DNA of 64,000 bases from the NCBI RefSeq assembly GCF_036365525.1, contig NC_090371.1, positions 115,954,388 through 116,018,387 on the forward strand, in the 5' to 3' direction. Origin of the DNA: Heterodontus francisci. Taxonomy: Eukaryota. The position numbers and the translations under genes were made by a program. Shown one piece after another: positions 59,939 to 64,000 of the stretch (position 1 is its first letter; every line of letters begins with the position of its first letter). The notes under the pieces were generated by a model. That model was not told the DNA's origin. It did not search any database and saw nothing but the letters and a program-made list of their open reading frames with translations.

Positions 59939-60296
59939 CATGCCTGGAGATCATGCTGTGGCCAAAAGGGCCCCTGGAGAAAACCTGTTCCCAGCAGCTG
60001 TGAGGAAATGTTCTAAGGCCTCTGAAATCAAGCTGGCATGGATAGAAGTGGCTGAGGAAGTGAGAAGCAGGAGTGCGGTCCCTCGCTCATGGATACAGTG
60101 CGGCAAGAGGTTCAATGACCTACCCAAGGTAAGAAAGGACCAAATACCAACTGCCTCACTCTGATCATCATTCTTCTGCACAGAACCCCTCAGACCAACA
60201 CAGCTTGCAGGTCCATCCATTCCTCTTTCCCAAGGCGCCTCCTTGCATCCCTATCAGAAAAACCACATTGACACTCACCTTCATCTTATTGCTATT

Positions 60297-63262
60297 TCAC
60301 AACAATGCAGCAAGACGTGGACAATATCCAGGCTTGGGCTGATAAGTGACAAGCAACATTCGCGCCACACAAGTGCCAGGCAATGACCATCTCCAACAAG
60401 AGAGAATCTAACCATCTCCTCTTGACATTCTGTGGCATTACCATCGTTGAATCCCCCACTATCAACATTCTGGGGGTTACCATTGACCAGAAACTGAACT
60501 GGAGTCTTCTTCTTCTTCTTCTTTGGCCTCCCTATCTCGAGAGACAATGGGTAAGTGCCTGGAGGTGGTCAGTGGTTTGTGAATCAGCACCTGGAATGGC
60601 TATAAAGGCCAATTCTAGAGTGACAGACTCTTCCACAGGTGCTGCAGATAAAATTGGTTGTCGGGGCTGTTACACAGTTGGCTCTCCCCTTGCGCTTCTG
60701 TCTTTTTTCCTGCCAACAGCTAAGTCTCTTCGACTCGCCACTCTTTAGCCCCGCCTTTATGGCTATCCGCCAGCTCTGGCAACCACTGACAACTGACTTC
60801 CACGACTTCTGCAAACGCGACATGATCAATGTCACAGGATTACATGTCGCATTTGCAGATGTCTTTAAAGCAGAGCCATGGACGGCCCATGGGTCTGATA
60901 CCAGTGACGAGCTCACTGTACAACATGTCCTTGGGGATTCTGGCATCTTCCATGCGGCTCACATGGCCAAGCCATTTCAAGCGCCGCTGGCTCAGTAGGG
61001 TGTAGATGCTGGGGATGTTGGCCGGCTTGAGGACTTCTGCGTTGGAGATACGGTCCTGCCACCTGATGCCAAGGATTCTCCGGAGGCAGCAAAGATGGAA
61101 TGAATTGAGACGTCGCTCTTGGCTGACATACGTTGTCGAGGCCTCGCTGCCATAGAGCAAGATACTGAGGACACAGGCTTGATACACTTGGACTTTTGTG
61201 TTCCGTGTCAGTGCACCGTGTCAGTCCCACACCCTCTTGGCCAGTCTGGACATAGCAGCGGATGCCTTTCCCATGCACTTGTTGATTTCTGCATCGAGAG
61301 ACAGTTTACTGGTGATAGTTGAGACTAGGTAGGTGAACTCTTGAACCACTTCCAGAGCGTGGTCACCGATATTGACAGATGGAGCATTTCTGATGTCCTG
61401 TCCCATGATGTTCATTTTCTTGAGGCTGATGGTTAGGCCAAATTCGCTGTAGGCAGCCGCAATCCTGTCGATGAGTCTCTGCAGACACTCTTCTGTTGGG
61501 ATGTTACTGCAGCAGCATCATCAGCAAAGAGGAGTTCCCTGATGAGGACCTTCCGTACTTTGGTCTTTGCTCTTAGACAGGCAAGGCTGAACAACCTGCC
61601 AATTGAACTTGTGTGGAGGAAAATTCTTTCTTCTAAAGACTTGAACGCATGTGAGAGCAGCAGGGAGAAGAAGATCCCAAACAGTGTAGGTGCGAGAACA
61701 CAGCCCTGTTTCACGCCACTCAGGATAGGAAAGGGGTCTGATGAGGCGCTGCTATGCTGAATTGTGCCTTTCATATCGTCATGGAATGAGGTGATGATAC
61801 TAGTTTTGGTGGACATTCGATCTTTGCTAGTAGTTTGAAGAGACCATGTCTGCTGACGAGGTCAAAGGCTTTGGTGAGATCAATGAAAGCAACATAGAGG
61901 GGCATCTGTTATTTGCGGCATTTCTCCTGTAGCTGGCGAAGGGAGAACAGCATGTCAATGGTGGATCTCTTTGCTCGAAAGCCACAGTGTGCCTCAGGGT
62001 AGACACACTCAGCCAGCTCTGGAGCCTGTTTAAAACGACTCGAACAAAGACTTTCCCCACTATGCTGAGCAGGGAGATTCCACGGTAGTTATTGCAGTCA
62101 CCGCGGTCACCTTTGTTTTTATAGAGGGTGATGATATTGGCATCACGCATATTCTGTGGTACTGCTCCCTCATCCCAGCACAGGCGTAGCAGTTCATGGA
62201 GTGCTGAGAGTATAGCAGACTTGGCACTCTTGATTATTTCAGGGGTAATGCCATCCTTCCCAGGGGCTTTTCCACTGTCTAGAGAAGCAATGGCATCACC
62301 GAGTTCCGATTTTGTTGGCTGTTCGTCCAGCTCATCCATAACTGGCAGAGACTGGGCTGCATTGAGGGCAGTCTCAGTGACAACATTTTCCCTGGAGTAC
62401 AGTTCTAGGTAGTGCTCCACCCAGCGGTCCATTTGCTTGCGTTGGTCAGTGATCGTGTCCCCTGATTTATATTTGAGGGTGCCATCTTCTTGATGGTTTG
62501 CCCAAAAGCTCTCTTAATGCCATCATACATTCCTCCGATGTTTACATTGTCGGAGGCCAGCTGAATACGACTGCATAGGTGTTGCCAGTAGTCATTTACG
62601 CAGCACCTGGCTGTTCTTTGTGCAGCGCTTCTGGCTGCTGGAGTAGTCATATTAATACCATGGCTACAAGAGCAGTCAGAGGCTAGGAATCCTGCGTCAA
62701 GTAACTCACCTCCTGACTTCCCAAAGCCTGTCCACCATCTACAAAGCACAAGTCAGGAGTGTGATGGAATCTTCTCCACTTGCCTGGATGGATGCAGCCC
62801 CAAAACACTCAAGAAGCTCGGCACCATCCAGGACAAATCAGCCCGCTTGATTGGCACCCCATCCACTCTCTCCACTACCGACGTACAGTGGCAGCAGTAT
62901 GTACCATCTACAAGATGCACTGTAGCAACACACCAAGACTCCTTCGACAGCACCTTCCAAACCCGCAACCTCTACCACCTAGAAGGACAAGGGCAGCAAA
63001 CGCATGGGAACACCACCATCTGCAACTTCCCCTCCAAGCCACACACTATCCTGACTTGGAACTATATCACCGTTTCTTCACTATCACTGGGTCAAAATCC
63101 TGGAACTCCCTTCCTAACAGCACTGTGGGTGTACCTACCCCACTTGGACTGCAGCGGTTCAAGAAGGCAGCTCACCACCACCTTCTCAAGGGCAATTAGC
63201 GATGGGCAATAAATGCTGGCCTAGCCAGCGATGCCCACATCCCATAAATGAATTTTAAAAAA
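60297..63262 (+). mobile_element. Family A LINE 3' part, split by RTE
   Basis: MTISNKRESNHL...INILGVTIDQKLNW resumes at 62638; family A tail near 63250. Confidence 0.88.
60506..62637 (-). mobile_element. RTE-clade LINE, 2.1 kb, 5'-truncated
   Basis: TSD CTGGAGT at 60499-60505 / 62638-62644, (GAA)n tail, peptides KAPGKDGI, NNYRGISLL and LLFADD. Confidence 0.93.
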
Positions 63263-64000
63263 CTATCATCACAGTCACTCTCCGAGATGTTGTCCTTCCA
63301 TCCTCTCAGCACATTCCACTTCTCACACTCAGAATTCTCTTCTCTCTCTCCTTACAACCACATGGCACACAGCACTCACTCATATTGACATGATGTGAGC
63401 AGCCAATGAAATATGATGATCTGCACAATGATGATTTTAAACCATTCTCCTTGTCATTTCCAATTCATGGCTGTAATCACCCATAGGTCCTGCAAGTCTC
63501 ACTCAGGAACTGGTGCCGGAGGATGAGAAATACTCCTCAGAGGAGGTCACAGACTCTGAGGAAGCACCATTACATGACTCATGTGCAACCTCCACCAGCT
63601 CAGATACATGCACCTCAGTGGGGCCTCTAAGACAGATATTTGGGATGTCACATGGTGAAGCACACATCACAAGCGAGTTGGAACAGGTGTTGGTGACAGG
63701 GACAGCAGTGGAGAGTCCTTTTTGAAGGAAGAAGAACACTTCAAGCTCTTCTCAGCTAGATGCAGACGTGAGCCTGAGGGGTCATCAATGAAGAGGAGTA
63801 TTCTGGAGCAGCAACAGAAAATGTGTGAGGTTCTGTTAGCCTTTCCAGAAACACTGCACACCATTGAAGAGAGATTGGAGGAGTCTGTCTCCACCATAAG
63901 TCTCATGATGTTTCAGGCCTTTGCACTGATGTCTGTCTCCATGGAAAGAGTGCATGCAGCATCAGACATGACAGGCAGCCGTGTGCATGCTGGCCCTCGC

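Larger units (their letters stand above)
59334..64000 (+). mobile_element. Harbinger transposon H3: left end and decayed Myb/SANT gene, running off the window
   Basis: TIR-like GGACTGAATTT. ENLFPAAVRK...KLAWIEVAEEVRSRSAVPRSWIQCGKRFNDL followed by GTAAG. The later exon at ~63487-64000 is homologous to ~17510-17960. Confidence 0.78.

Overview
This window is eukaryotic, repeat-dominated DNA, most likely from a cartilaginous fish (inferred from HE1/V-SINE-type SINEs and their partner HER1-type CR1 LINEs). No host protein-coding gene can be called with confidence; there is one candidate exon at 15974-16212. Most of the window is nested, decayed transposable elements. Retroelements: six V-SINEs, canonical CR1 and L2 LINEs, four RTE pieces (one with an uninterrupted 441-aa RT ORF), a Gmr1-type Gypsy element with both LTRs but no RT, and several solo LTRs. 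DNA transposons: at least eight PIF/Harbinger-related pieces (one complete with TIRs and a 3-bp TSD) and two hAT-type MITEs. Two observations stand out. First, very small Penelope-type inserts, each flanked by a 9-11 bp target-site duplication; two carry minimal hammerhead ribozymes, and one of these is a young partial tandem. Second, an abundant CR1-group LINE of about 3.3 kb that lacks ORF1 and starts with a tRNA-like Pol III head followed by a hairpin-rich leader, in which two copies show a compensatory base-pair change. All calls come from reading the sequence by eye; family names are recognitions, not database hits.
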